Assembly (NCBI GenBank): GCA_002269645.1
Contig: NIVC01001789.1
Coordinates: forward strand, 62,001-126,000
DNA length: 64,000 bases
From: Macrostomum lignano
Lineage: Eukaryota
Direction: 5' to 3'
Translations under genes and position numbers: made by a program
Part shown: in pieces, positions 23,579 through 35,183 of the stretch
Position numbering within the stretch: position 1 is the first letter of the stretch
How the letters are laid out: every line of letters begins with the position of its first letter
The notes under the pieces: model-generated
Seen by the model: only the letters and a program-made list of their open reading frames with translations
Databases searched by the model: none
Told to the model about the DNA's origin: nothing

Positions 23579-25162
23579 CTAACGCATGTCCATCGTACAG
23601 TTCATACTGGACACCTCGGGCGGAGGAACAGTGACTCCGCGCGCAACGAGGCTCGGCCGGATGTAGGCGTCGTGCAGGCGCAGCAGGGCGTCGCAGAAGA
23701 GGTCGGGCAGCACCATTGTGGCTGGCTGGCCAGTGTGCCCGGCCTTGTGCGGAACTTCGGTCGGCGGCAGCACCAGGTGCGAGTGCCCAACGAGATCTTC
23801 TTCAGTGGCACTGATGCTGGTGTCGCGAAACAGCTGGTCCCGGTCGTCCGCCGCCCTGTGTCGCACTGCACGGTTAAGCAGATGCTGCCGCCGCAGATAA
23901 ATCCACGGCAATAGACTAATTGGCTGTTCCACGCTGCAGAAGAAAACGAACTCCTGCACAATGCGCCGGACAAATACCATCTTGGCGCACAGCTGATTGT
24001 CGTCGTCGCTGCGAGACGAGCTGTTGCTGCTGCTGCTGCTGCTGCTCCAGTCTCCAGTTTGCGGCAGCGCCTCCCAACTGTGCTCAAGCAGCATATTAAA
24101 AAACCGGCCGCGCCGGTTAAAAATGTTGCACACATCGCTACGTTTAATATAGCTGGCCATATAGCCCATCTGCCGACCATGGTGGCCCAGCTTAAGGAGC
24201 TGCTCCTGGAGTGAGCGTACAGCGGCGAACTCACCTTTGGCTTCGTCGATCAGCGAAGACATGCGCACAACTGCAAACTGCCTAGCAGCGAGTGGGTTGT
24301 CGCTCATCAGCTGCTGCTGAGCTCGCCAGCCGGCCTGCTCGGCATCCCCTCTGTCGTCGGCATCGGCGGCGGCGGCGGCACAAAACAACTCTGATTGGCG
24401 CAGTCCGATCGCGTCGAGCACCTGCTCAAGACAGCGATTGCCGCGCAATGTGAGCCAACCCTCCAGGGAGAGCAGGATGGTAACTATCTCCTGGCACTTG
24501 CGGCCCGCCGTTGAAGGCGCCAGCTTAAACTGATTGGTGACCACCTCCAAGCCAAAGACGCCAGCAATGAGGAAAGGCCGCAGCACTAGGTCGGCCAGAG
24601 TGAGCTGCTTGCGCTGCCACAGCCGCTCCAGTGTTGCCTCAACGGAATCGCGGATCTTTCCCCAGCGGCGTTTGTGGCTTTAGTTGGCGGAGATGCGCAT
24701 CTTAGTCGGCGCCGTCCACCAGAGCACGGACAGTCGGTTCAGCGTGGCCTCAATCGACGGCCGGTCGCCGAGCGACACTTTCCTGGCTGGGTGCTCCTTG
24801 CTGAAGTGGCGAAAGACGGAGGCGGAGCTGGCAGACTGACGCTCGCCATGGCGTCGCCGCTGCTGGCACTGGGCGCTGCCGACGAGGTCTCCTCCTCAAC
24901 ATTGTCAGCAGCAGCAGCAGAAGAAGAAGAATGAGGCTTCAGCGCCGCCCACTTTGCCGCTTTCGCCCGGCGCTGCTTTGGTGGCGTGGCAGGTAGTCTG
25001 ACGAGCAGTTGTTGGCCATTGCTGATGTTGGCAGACGAGCTGCTGGGTCGCTCCAGCGCGATATCAGCTGTCTGCAACGACAATGGCGAATGACTGGCCA
25101 ATGGTGGCACGACTGTCGGCGCAGCTGCAACAGCAGCAGCAGCAGCAGCAGTAGAACTGTCT
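23579..25162 (-). pseudogene. Tyrosine-recombinase-like gene, 3' part
   Basis: LAPSTAGRKC (core-binding-like), MGYMASY..IFNRRGRFFNML, VPHKAGHTGQPATMVL..YIRP. In-frame TAA at 24680-82 and a frameshift within ~24790-24895. The C-terminal HxxR/H/Y region is absent. Confidence 0.6.
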
Positions 25163-28100
25163 TCTGGTCTTGTCAATTGGTCTTCCAGTTCAATTGCAAC
25201 GGACTGCAGGCCCGCCGCACGGAGCTAGCCGCAAGACTTGCCCGTAGCCAACCCGTCGCTGTCCTGCTCCAGGAGACCAAGCTCCGCCCAGGAGCGGCCT
25301 TCCACCCGCCACAGGGTTACCACGTGGCGGCCCGGAAAGACGGCGAGGCCAAACACGATCCCGAGCCCGCCGCCACCGCGAATACCACCCAGAGAACTAA
25401 CGATGGAATGCCTGTGGGAGAGGAGGCTCCGACCACCCGCCGCCTCACTCGTCCTAGGTGCCGCCTCCGATGACCCCAGGACAAGACCGGCTGGTGCAAC
25501 GGCTGCAGAAGTGGCCGCTCCGCCTGCTCCAACCGTGACCTCCCGTGGCCTGCCCCATCTGACGACCCTCCGGTCCGCACTCCCCCGGACCCGCCGGAAG
25601 CGCGGAGAGCGTCGGAGAGCGGGCCGGCCAACAAGAAAGCAGGCCGGTGGCACTGTTCGGACTGCAGCAAGGCCATCCGCAGGAACAGCTACAGCGTCCA
25701 GTGTACCAGCTGCAGCGGGTGGCTCCACCTCAAATGCAGCGGCCTCGCTACCGTCAAGCAATACTCAGTGTCATTCGAAGGCCCGTGCTGCAGACACGCG
25801 AACCAGCCCCCAGCTCAGCGTCGGAACGCTCAAGCCCCCCGACCCGCCGGGGGAGCCAGCCGGCCCGACCCGCCGCCCCTTCCTCAACCTGAGGGCGACG
25901 CCGAACCTGCCCCGAACGGCCGAAAGCCAAAAAACTGCAAAAACAAACAGCGCCCGACGGGGAGGGGAGGAGTGCTGATCCTGGTTCGCGATGACGTCCC
26001 CTTCAAGAACCCTAAAGTCAGCAGGGGCGGCCTGCTCGACTACGCGGCGGTGACCATCTGCCCGGCTGCCGTTGGCCAGATCCAATTTTTGGCGGTCTAC
26101 GCTCCGCCCAATAGCAACCAGCGTGCGGAGGACAACTGGCTCCCAGCCTGGTCAGACATACCGGTCGCGCCCCGCACGGTGATTGCCGGCGATTTCAATG
26201 GCCATGGACACTGGGACAGCCACCAACCTGAGGACGAGAGAGGAGACAGCATCGAGGGGTGGGCTAGCGACCGGGGCCTCCACCTTGGCAACCGCGAGGA
26301 TGCCCACACGCGGACCAACCCGGCGACAGGCGGCCTGAGCTGCCCGGATATCACTTGGTGCTCCGGCGACCTTGCCGCCTACGTCAGGACGTCGTGGAGC
26401 ACCTCCGAGGACCTCGGAAGCGACCACCTGCCTATTACCTTCACCCTCTCCAGAGACAAGCAGGCCAAACGTCTCCAACGACAGGCCCAGTGGAGCTACG
26501 CGAAAGCGGACTGGACGTCCTACGCGGCCCGACTGGACGCGGAGGAGGAGGCTTTGCAAGGCATCACCACCGCGCAGAAATCGAGCACGGACGCGGACCA
26601 CCAACAGCTCTGCGACATCATCCTCGTAGCAGCGACCGGCAGTATCCCGCGCGGCGCGCGTCGCAACACCGGCAAACCTTTCTCGACCGAAACGTGTGCC
26701 GCCGCTTGCAACCAGTGCAGCGCCGCGCGGAAAAAGGCCGAGCAGACCAAGACGGTGGAGGACATCTCGGCGTACCACCTCGCCAGACGCCGCGCCGATG
26801 AGACGATCAAGGCCGAGAAGCTCCGCATCTGGGACGAACGAGTCGCGGAGTTGTCCGTCAACAGCGACCTTTTCGGTCTGGCCCGGGCGATGCGGGGCGA
26901 ACCCCCACCGCCTCCCCCCAACGCGGCCCTTGCCATCCCGGCCGATGAGACCAGATGCCGCCGGCAGAGGACTGCGGTCACGGACAAGGAGAAAGCGGAT
27001 GCCTTCTGCACCCTGTACGCGGACGTGTCTCGCGTGGAGCGCAGGAGGTCGGATCGGGGGGTCAACAGGTGCGCCTACGCCGCCATCAAAGCGCGCTGCT
27101 GCGAGCCCGACCACAAACAGCAGATCTGTGGCGCCTTCTCCGCCGTGGAACTTAAGCAGGCCCTGAGGTCGCTGAAATCCAGGAAGAGCCCCGGCCCGGA
27201 CGGAGTGTCCAACGAGATGCTCAAGCGTCTCCCCGAACGGACCGAGCAGCGACTACTTGACCTGATCAACAAGGCCTGGCTCAGCGGACACTGCCCCCAC
27301 CAGTGGCGCAGGGCGATTATCATCCCGATCCCGAAACGCGGCAAACCGGCTGACGACCCGGGTTCGTATCGCCCCGTCGCCCTCACCAGTTGCATTGCCA
27401 AGGTCGCGGAACGGCTGGCGCACCAAAGGCTGAACTTCCTGCTGGAATCCAAGGGCATTCTCAGCAAAGTCCAAGCTGGTTTCCGCAAAGGACGCTCGTG
27501 CGAAGAGCAGATCGCCCGCATCGCCCAGCTTATCTTCGACGGGCTGGAAGAGACTCCCGCGCTTAGAGCGATCCTCTGTTTACTCGACTTCAGCAGAGCC
27601 TACGACAAGGTGTGGCGGAAGTCTCTGATCTGCAAGCTCGAGAAGCTGGGAGTCCCCGCCTGCGTCCTGCGCTGGACCAACAGCTTTCTCAGCGACAGGA
27701 GAGCGCGCGTCCGATTCGGCAATAGCCTCAGCAGAGAGCGCATCTTCCGGGAAGGCCTGCCCCAAGGCTCGGTGATCGCCCCTCTGCTTTGGCTGGTCTA
27801 CGTCAACGACCTGCCAACTGCCATCGCGGAAGCATCGCCGGAAGCCGAGATCAGTCTGTATGCCGACGACTCGGCCATCCTGGCGCGCCATACGGACCTC
27901 GAAAGCTGCGGGCACATCGTGCAACCGGCTCTGGACTCCATGGCCCGCTGGTGCGACCAGAACAAGGTCGTGCTCAGCACTGGGAAGTGCAGTTACAGCA
28001 CTTTCACGCTGTGCCCCAACGAGAACCGCGGCAAGACCAGAGTCGAACTCAGCATCGGCGGCAGCGAGCTTCGTTTCGAGCCCAACCCGGTCTTCCTCGG

Positions 28101-29694
28101 CGTTAAATTCGACGACCACCTTGGGTTCGCGGAGCACGCCAAAGATACCCGTCGCCGCATGGCTGCCAGAAGACGCCCACTGCAGGCCATCGCACACCGG
28201 CAAACGGGTGCGACGCAGAGCATCCTCCGCACCGTTTACGTTGCCAATATCCGAGCTGTGGCGGACTACGGCAGCGGCGTATGGCTTGCGGGAGAGGCAC
28301 CGAGCACCAGGCTCCTAGTCGAGCGCCAGCAGAACGCATGCGCGCGCCTGATTACTGGCTGCATATCCACGGCCCGCACTGAAAATCTCCTTAGCATCGC
28401 CGAGCTGCCGCCCCTCAGCCACGTGGCCATCGAACGCGCGTGCACGCTGAGAGAGCGGATGGCTCGCCTCCCGGACGGATCACCATCGCAGAGCATCGCG
28501 ACAGCGGTCAACACCCCGCGCCTCAAAAACCGCGCCTTCGAAGCCGCCAACCGGCCGAATCAGGCCGAGGGGGTCAATCAGCGCCTCCCGGACAGGGACC
28601 TCGACGCCCGACGTCGATTCCGCGGCTGCTGGAGGCGCGCGGCGCGGGAGCTAGAATGTTGCGAGGTATTGGACGGGACGCCCCGGGCCCACCGACCCCT
28701 CGGTCCCCCACCGTGGGAAGTGGCCGAGGCCGGCCGCGTCCAGTTCGATGTCTCGCTCAGCAAGGTTATCAGCCGCGACATGCCGGCGGCCATGAAAGCC
28801 AACATCGCCAGGCAAATCGTCGGCCCACTGGAGACCTCCGGACACGTCATCTGGACGGACGGATCCGCGGCTGGCGGTTTCACGAACGGAGGCGGTGCGG
28901 CGATCGCCCAGTGGCTACCGGACAACGACGCCCGCCTCGTCGCGGCTGGCGCGCTCTGCAGCAGCTTTACCACAGAACTCTGCGCCATCAGGGAGGCCTT
29001 AGACATCGCCCGCCACCCGGCGCCGCCCACGGGCGCTATAACTATCGCCACGGACAGCCTCAGCGCCATCCAGGCGCTCAGCGCCGGACCCCTGTGCCAG
29101 CAAAACTCAGTTGCCGCGGACTGCTGGAGTAAACTCCTCAACCTGATCGCCATGGACCGCCCTGTTCACTTCGCTTGGGTGCCATCCCACTGCGGGGTTG
29201 CCGGCAACGAGGCGGCCGACCGCGCCGCCGCCAACGCGGCCGGGCTCGACCAACAGGCGGTGCCGATCGAGCTTGACGCGGCAAGGGCAGCCGCTCGTCG
29301 CTCTCGCAGAATGCTGGACGCCAGAGTCCTGCCGCCGAGACTACAGCCGCCGACCAGCCTCCCTAGACGTCTCCAGGTCCTGGTCAACCAGCTCCGGTCC
29401 GGCGCCAGCACCATCAACTTTAGCACCAGACACCGCCTGGGCTTGGAACAGTCCCCCGCCTGCCCCGACTGCGGCGCGGAGGACTCGGCTGAACATCTGC
29501 TCCTCCACTGCCCCCGCGGTGACCACTTCCGGAGAAGAAGCGGCCTGGCCCCGAGCGACCTGATGGGGTCCCCGGAGGCCATCGTCAGACTACTACGCAG
29601 CATGGGGCGGCTCCCCTCGGGGTCCACGCCCCCCTCCAGATCGGCCTAGCCGGAACGGAGGCGCCCCGAAGAAGAAGAAGAAGAAGAAGAAGAA
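25163..29694 (+). mobile_element. Non-LTR retrotransposon, I group (Ingi-like): APE(+PHD)-RT-RNaseH-CCHC, (GAA)n tail
   Basis: 12-bp TSD GTAGAACTGTCT at 25151-62 and 29695-706; (GAA)9 tail. Motifs QFNCNG, LQETK, GDFNGH, SDHLPI, KSPGPDG, YRPVALTS, QAGFR, GLPQGS, YADD, WTDGS, TDSLSA, WVPSHCG..GNEAAD, CPDC..H..HC. Confidence 0.95.
25180..29649 (+). CDS. Single retrotransposon ORF with one in-frame TGA (25471-73) and no ATG at the 5' end
   Basis: Frame 1 is continuous from the APE N-terminus through the PHD finger (CSDC..CTSC..WLHLKC..GPCC) into the 25768 ORF. Confidence 0.85.
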
Positions 29695-30277
29695 GTAGAA
29701 CTGTCTGGCTGCAGCATCTGCGGCTCGTCGTCAGCTTCCTCCTGCTCCTCAACCGTCGGGCAAAGCAGCAGGCGGCGGCGGCGATCGTTTGATGAGAAGC
29801 AGGCAGCGCGTCCCATTGCATCTACAGCGACCATCAACCTATCGATGATCGCTGTATTATCCTCTTCAAAGATGACATCAGCAGTCGCCGCCGCTACCGA
29901 TGCTGATGCATCATCGGGGTCCGCTGCCGGAGGTACTGACTGCGCGGCGGAATCGATTGAACCCTGACAGCGATGGGCCCCAAGCCGACACCGCGCCTCT
30001 CCGCAGACGGGGCAGACGGCGATCACTTCCAATCGATGGCTGGCTTTGGTGCTGCGGCTGCACTTGATCGCCAACCAAACAATGTTTCTCCGCTGCTTGC
30101 CGTCTGCGGCAGACCATTGTGCCTCCGTAGGGCGCATGCGCTCTGGTACATCACTCAGCTGGAAGCTCTGCAGGACCTCTTTCTCATGGCGATTTATATA
30201 GTGGCGCTTCAAGTTCCACCAGGTACAGTCTCGCCACACACAGGGCATTCCGAATTTCGGCGGCATTTCGAAGCCAT
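29695..30277 (-). pseudogene. Tyrosine-recombinase-like gene, 5' part with zinc fingers
   Basis: ATG at 30277 gives MASKCRRNSECPVCGETV, then a frameshift into WNLKRHYINRH (C2H2); second finger CPVCGEARCRLGAHRC. Joins 25150 in frame (PDSST|AAAAAA) once the retrotransposon and one TSD copy are removed. Confidence 0.7.
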
Positions 30278-32629
30278 TTCCTCCTAAGTAAATATATATT
30301 TTCTAATTATTAAGCGCCAATACAATTTTTTCTACACTACTACTACTCAAGTGCCCTCCCCATCAACCTCCATCAAACCTTTAGCACCCAACCCCATATT
30401 TCTTAAGCTGAAGAAGCACCCATCCCCCAGATTTTTTCTTTAATTTTGCAGCAATCGCATGAGTGCATCTGACGAATGCTATGTTTGTATGACTAGGTTC
30501 ATATGCACTTGTCTGGCTGGCTGGCTGGCTGTTTGTCGAGATTTGGGGTTTCTGCCATAAACTATAGCTATCTTTTAACCCAAGCCTACTGGCTATAGCT
30601 GATTCCCTTTGCTTCAGTAGTTGTCCTTTGTTTGGATAGTTCGGCCATAGACTAAAGTACATGGCTGCGGATTCTTGCTCGGGAGGTTAGACCATAAACT
30701 ACTTTTTGGCGGACAGGTTTCTCGCTCGGCTAAAGGCAGAGCTACTCTCTTTCAACTATCTCGCTCCTTTATTCTGTAGTGCTTTAGCTCTGGTCGTAAG
30801 CTTCTGTTCTTCTAACACCACCCTTTGTTTGAGGTAAGTTTTCAGTACTGCTTTGACTATGTTACAGGCCTGTAACTTCTTACAGGCCCCAAGCGTCATT
30901 AGTTGAATTATTTGAGTAGCTATTATCTATCTATCTCTTATATTTGATCGGAGGCCCCTTCCATGCTGCATGCAATTTTCTTATTTTCTTGGCTTGCAAG
31001 AACTCCTGCCGAGATTGTCTCCATTTTTATTCAATACCGTCCGTTATATCCTTGCACGTCGATTTAGTCTTACAAGCTAGAGGGGAGCAGCTCAGCGGTA
31101 AACAGCTCTGACTCCAGCACCACGAATCATTCATTTGGGGCTTGTGCAATGACTCAAACATTCAGTCATCACCCCGACGCTGTCGGCACCTTAAAGGAGA
31201 CGAAAACATGACTAAGGACACCCAAAAGAGATTATTTTTTAGCCATTTTAGTAACATTTATTACTTGATCTTTAGTCCACACAGAAATTCGATACTTTTT
31301 TTGTTATTTTTTCTCTTGGCAAAAATTCGGTTCAATTTACAGTTCAGTTAACTAATTGCGTCATCACGTCGAGTGATGATAGACTGTTTGTGAGCCTTAG
31401 CTGAGAATGACCAGGAGTTAAAGTTTGCCCATTATTGATGATTGATCAGTGACATCAAAGACATTCGCAAAAGGATGTCCATAGTCGCGTGGTGTAATCT
31501 GTTGAAGGTGCCAATGGCGTCTGAGTGATGACAGAATGCTTGAGAGACTAGCTGAGAACGTCCAGCAGTCGAGTTTTGCCCACTGTCGAGGCTTGATCAG
31601 CGAAACTAGAGAAATCCGCATCAGGGTGTCCATAGTCACCTGGTGCCACCTGTTGAAGGTCCAGAAGCTCCGCCTGGGTGAAGGCTAGTGACCAAAGAAG
31701 TCAGTGCTGATGCAGACACATGTGATCGACGTGCTGATGAAGTTTGGAGGCTTGGCAAGGCTGCACTGAGGCGCAGTGCTGATTGGCGCACAGGGGTGTA
31801 CTGAATACACTAGCGCTTATGGAAAAAATCCGACTTTTTGGCAAAATCGTAGAATATCTCAACGGTCCAGAGGGCTGGCGACTTTATTCTTGTTTGAAAA
31901 GGTGCGCAACAGAAAGTTAGCCCGTGTTTTTTTGTGTGTCTGCGTTGCTCCGTTCCGGCGCAGCCAAGAAAATTGTCAGGGGGGGGATTTTTCCCGTCTG
32001 GTAGTTTTGTGCACCTTACGACAGGATTATTACGAAGTACCATGCACCGGCGGTTTTTTTAACGATCCAACGATCCAGCGAACCCTTCAATCGAACCGCA
32101 TCGCATACCAGTGCCCATACGAGAGGTGGAGGCCCTAATGTATGGCACCACCCCAGCAGAAGTGCATTCAGTAGGTGAACAATACTCAACCGTACATCGA
32201 GGTGTCTAGAGCTGGTCGACACCTTTGGCTGAATGACAACAAACTGACATTCAGAGAACCAACTGACCCCCTCTCTCTCTCTCTCTCTCTTCATTACAAC
32301 GACTGTGCGTCGGTGTGTGCATTAAACTGTATGTGTTCACTGCTCACTGTTCGTTCATTCACTGCTCACTGTTCGTTCATTCACTGCTCACTGTTCGTTC
32401 ATTCACTGCTAAATGGATTCCAAATAAACAGTGTTGTCGGATTCAGCGCGCAGGAATGTCGTTCCCGCACTCGTTCGCGTACCGGAATGCAACTGTCTAT
32501 GGTAAAAACGCCATTGAAATCAAAGAGAAAATCAGTGCAGGAATGATGTGCGATTCTTGCACTATAAAGGAAACGGAACATTTATTATATAGTATATTTA
32601 GTTCATTTAAATTTACTTTGGTTCACTTT

Positions 32630-32868
32630 GGTTTAAGTGTCTATGGTCTCGTATTACTGGTCTGGGTTTAATTGTCTATGGTCTCGTATTACTGGTCTGG
32701 GTTTAAGTGTCTATGGTCTCCTATTACTGGTCTGGGTTTAATTGTCTATGGTCTCCTATTACTGGTCTGGGTTTAAGTGTCTATGGTCTCCTATTACTGG
32801 TCTGGGTTTAATTGTCTATGGTCTCCTATTACTGGTCTGGGTTTAATTGTCTATGGTCTCGTATTAGT
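32630..32868. repeat. 35-bp tandem repeat (~7 copies) containing GTCTATGG
   Basis: GTCTATGGTCTCGTATTACTGGTCTGGGTTTAATT; period 35 (32639 to 32674). Confidence 0.93.
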
Positions 32869-33701
32869 GGGGGCTCCGCCCCCACACCCCGGCAAGGGGA
32901 CTGCGTCCCCTTGACCCCTGCTTCCTACCACTCTTACTGTGTGCAAGAATGAATCCAACAACACTGCAATTTCCACACTCTGACTCGTGCGTCTCGTGCG
33001 CACTCGTGCTTTTTGCCATAGACGAACTCGTTAGAGTGCGGAAATATACCATTCTTCTTGGGCAAACTAAAATCGAATGCAGCTTTCGGAGATTAGTCCA
33101 TGGCTCAAGCTGGGGATCATAATAGGACATGGTTAGGCATCAGTTCCCTTGGGAAAAATAGATTGCTCTGTTTTGTCAAACTAGATAGCAAAAAATTGGT
33201 ATAATATTCGCGCACTGTGAAGAGACGTTAAGCCTGAGGGCAAATATTTGCAATCCTGCTGCGCCGGAAATTTGTTCACGCAGCTCTGCAGAATACTCTA
33301 AATAACTGGGGGTAGGACTGCATTTGTCAGAGTAAAATTTGTTTGCCAATTCTACATTCTCGTGAGCGCAACGAGTGTGCGGTATGCTATTGGTCGTCTA
33401 ATTAGACTATAGCTCGTATACGTAGCAATTAGTGTTATATGCTTGTTAGGAACTAAGAGAGAAATTCATTTTATTGGTAATTCTTAGAAGCAGCTAAACC
33501 GGCTCTCTAATATGTACATGGCAGTGAGTGTTACAGTTAGCACAGCGTCAAGTGTAAATTTGCCAAAATGCAGTCTCGTTATAGGCGTGAAACCGTGTCG
33601 TGCGTTTCGTGTCCGCCCGAGCTGAGTTTGCACCGAATTAATGAACTTTTGGCCATAAACATTCTCAGTAGGCGGGCAATCTCGTTTCAACTGGCTGAAT
33701 A

Positions 33702-34580
33702 TACCTTTTAACATTTTTTGGACATAAGTGAAGTTTATTTAGTCTTTGGCCAGCTCAGTCCTAGAAAAGTGAGTTTGATTTAGTCAGCACTCGGGTTTAC
33801 CATAGACTATAGTAAAGAAATAAAATCGATTTAGTCAAGTTCCGCTAAATTCTGAAAAGTTACGAAAGTGAAACTTTTCAAAAGTTTTTCAAAAGTGTAC
33901 ACTTTTGAAACTTTTGAAACTTTTGTTTTCAAAAGTGTAACAAAAGTGTAACTTTTGTAACTTACAAAAGTTACAAAGTGAATTTTATTTAGTCGTTAGC
34001 TTTGATAAGATACATGCACGAGTAGTTAAACAAGAACAATACAAACGAACACAGACACAACAAATTATTGTTACGACGCTTCACTCTTCAATTCAATCAA
34101 CGATGTCTTCCCATGGCAATGTAGCGGGGTATGTACCGAAGGCTCTCACGATGCCAGGCTTCGCAGTGAGGCTGTGTGACAGCTGCCATACTGGCCTCCA
34201 GTTCACGCTCAAGAATGCGGGCGCGGTGTTCTTGTAGAGTTCTGGTGTTCTGGCAGACTGACGTTGGATGTTTAGCTGTCTCCCTGGTTGCTGCCAATCG
34301 GCATTTCCAATAAAGGCGTCGATGGGTCTTCGCCGGTCCTGCTCAGAGATGGTGACTCTGCGAATGCCTGCAGCTGCCGCCATGAAAATAAAATTCACTT
34401 TGACTAAAATCTTGTCATGGAAGGGTTTAAATACGTGGCACTTAACTAAATCGAGTTCATTTCTTTACTATAGTTTATGGTAAACCCCGAATGCTGACTA
34501 AACCAAACTCTTTTTTCGAGGACTGAGCTGGCCAAAGACTAAATAAACTTCACTTATGTCCAAAAAACTGTTAAAAGGTA
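33702..34580 (-). mobile_element. Non-autonomous TA-target DNA transposon (Tc1/IS630-like) with ~130-bp TIRs
   Basis: TACCTTTTAACA..GGACATAAGTGAAGTTTATTTAGTCTTTGGCCAGCTCAGTCC.. is mirrored at the right end, with TA flanks. Internal remnant RRVTISEQDRRRPIDAF..DWQQ..RQLNIQRQSAR resembles a transposase N-terminal HTH. A solo TIR piece lies at ~18680-18728. Confidence 0.75.
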
Positions 34581-35183
34581 TATTACATGTATATTACAAT
34601 GTGACAAATCTATGTATGGCGCCACAGCTATGCGGTGCCCAAGCAGGTTACTGACAAGCAAGCCTTTTCGTTCAGGTCATTTCGTTCGAAAGGCAAGAAA
34701 GACACTTCGTCTTTTTCGCGCGTTAGATTTTTTATTGTTTCTTATTTGTCTTTGCGTAATTTGTCTAAATTATTTAATTCCAATTTTTTAAACTATAAAA
34801 TACGCAGTAAGAGAGACTAGTAGGTTTTATTTAAGCTTAGATAGCGTTAGGCCGTACGAATAGCTGAGCATTTGCCATGCGACTCACATTTACACAGATC
34901 TGTATAAATCTATAATATTTAGCATTTAGTTACCATGAGGAGTTGTACCATGACTACGTGGCTATCGGGCGGGTTGATATTCGATTATTGCCATAGACGA
35001 TTTCATTTTGGCCCGAAAAGCATGGCCGATAATGGATTATTTCCTTTATTCTTTCTCTATAGTTGAACTGTATAGTTTCTCACTAAATCATTCTGTCTAT
35101 GGTTGAAATGTGGTGGCTTCGCCCCCACACCACCATGCCCATATTCATCAATGCAGCTCATACGCTCGTACAACTCAGTCACA

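Larger units (their letters stand above)
20058..30654. mobile_element. Putative Rep/SF3-helicase plus tyrosine-recombinase element (decayed) with nested non-LTR insertion
   Basis: Convergent Rep-like and YR-like genes between inverted 11-mers TAGTCTATGGC (20058-68) and GCCATAGACTA (30644-54). Boundaries are inferred. Confidence 0.6.

Noticed and set aside
25471-25473. Selenocysteine or programmed readthrough at the retrotransposon TGA
   Set aside because: No SECIS evidence, and the 3' UTR is only ~20 nt; a point mutation is the simpler explanation.
26152-29627. Overlapping alternative-frame ORFs in the non-LTR and GT32 genes
   Set aside because: Expected by-products of high GC3 coding sequence.
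20058-30654. Complete endogenous circovirus-like genome
   Set aside because: No capsid-like ORF or nonanucleotide stem-loop was recognised; the antisense gene has recombinase-like rather than jelly-roll features.
31078-31130. tRNA gene (A-box-like AGCTCAGCGGTAAA)
   Set aside because: No T-arm/B-box or acceptor stem found; at most a SINE-head remnant.
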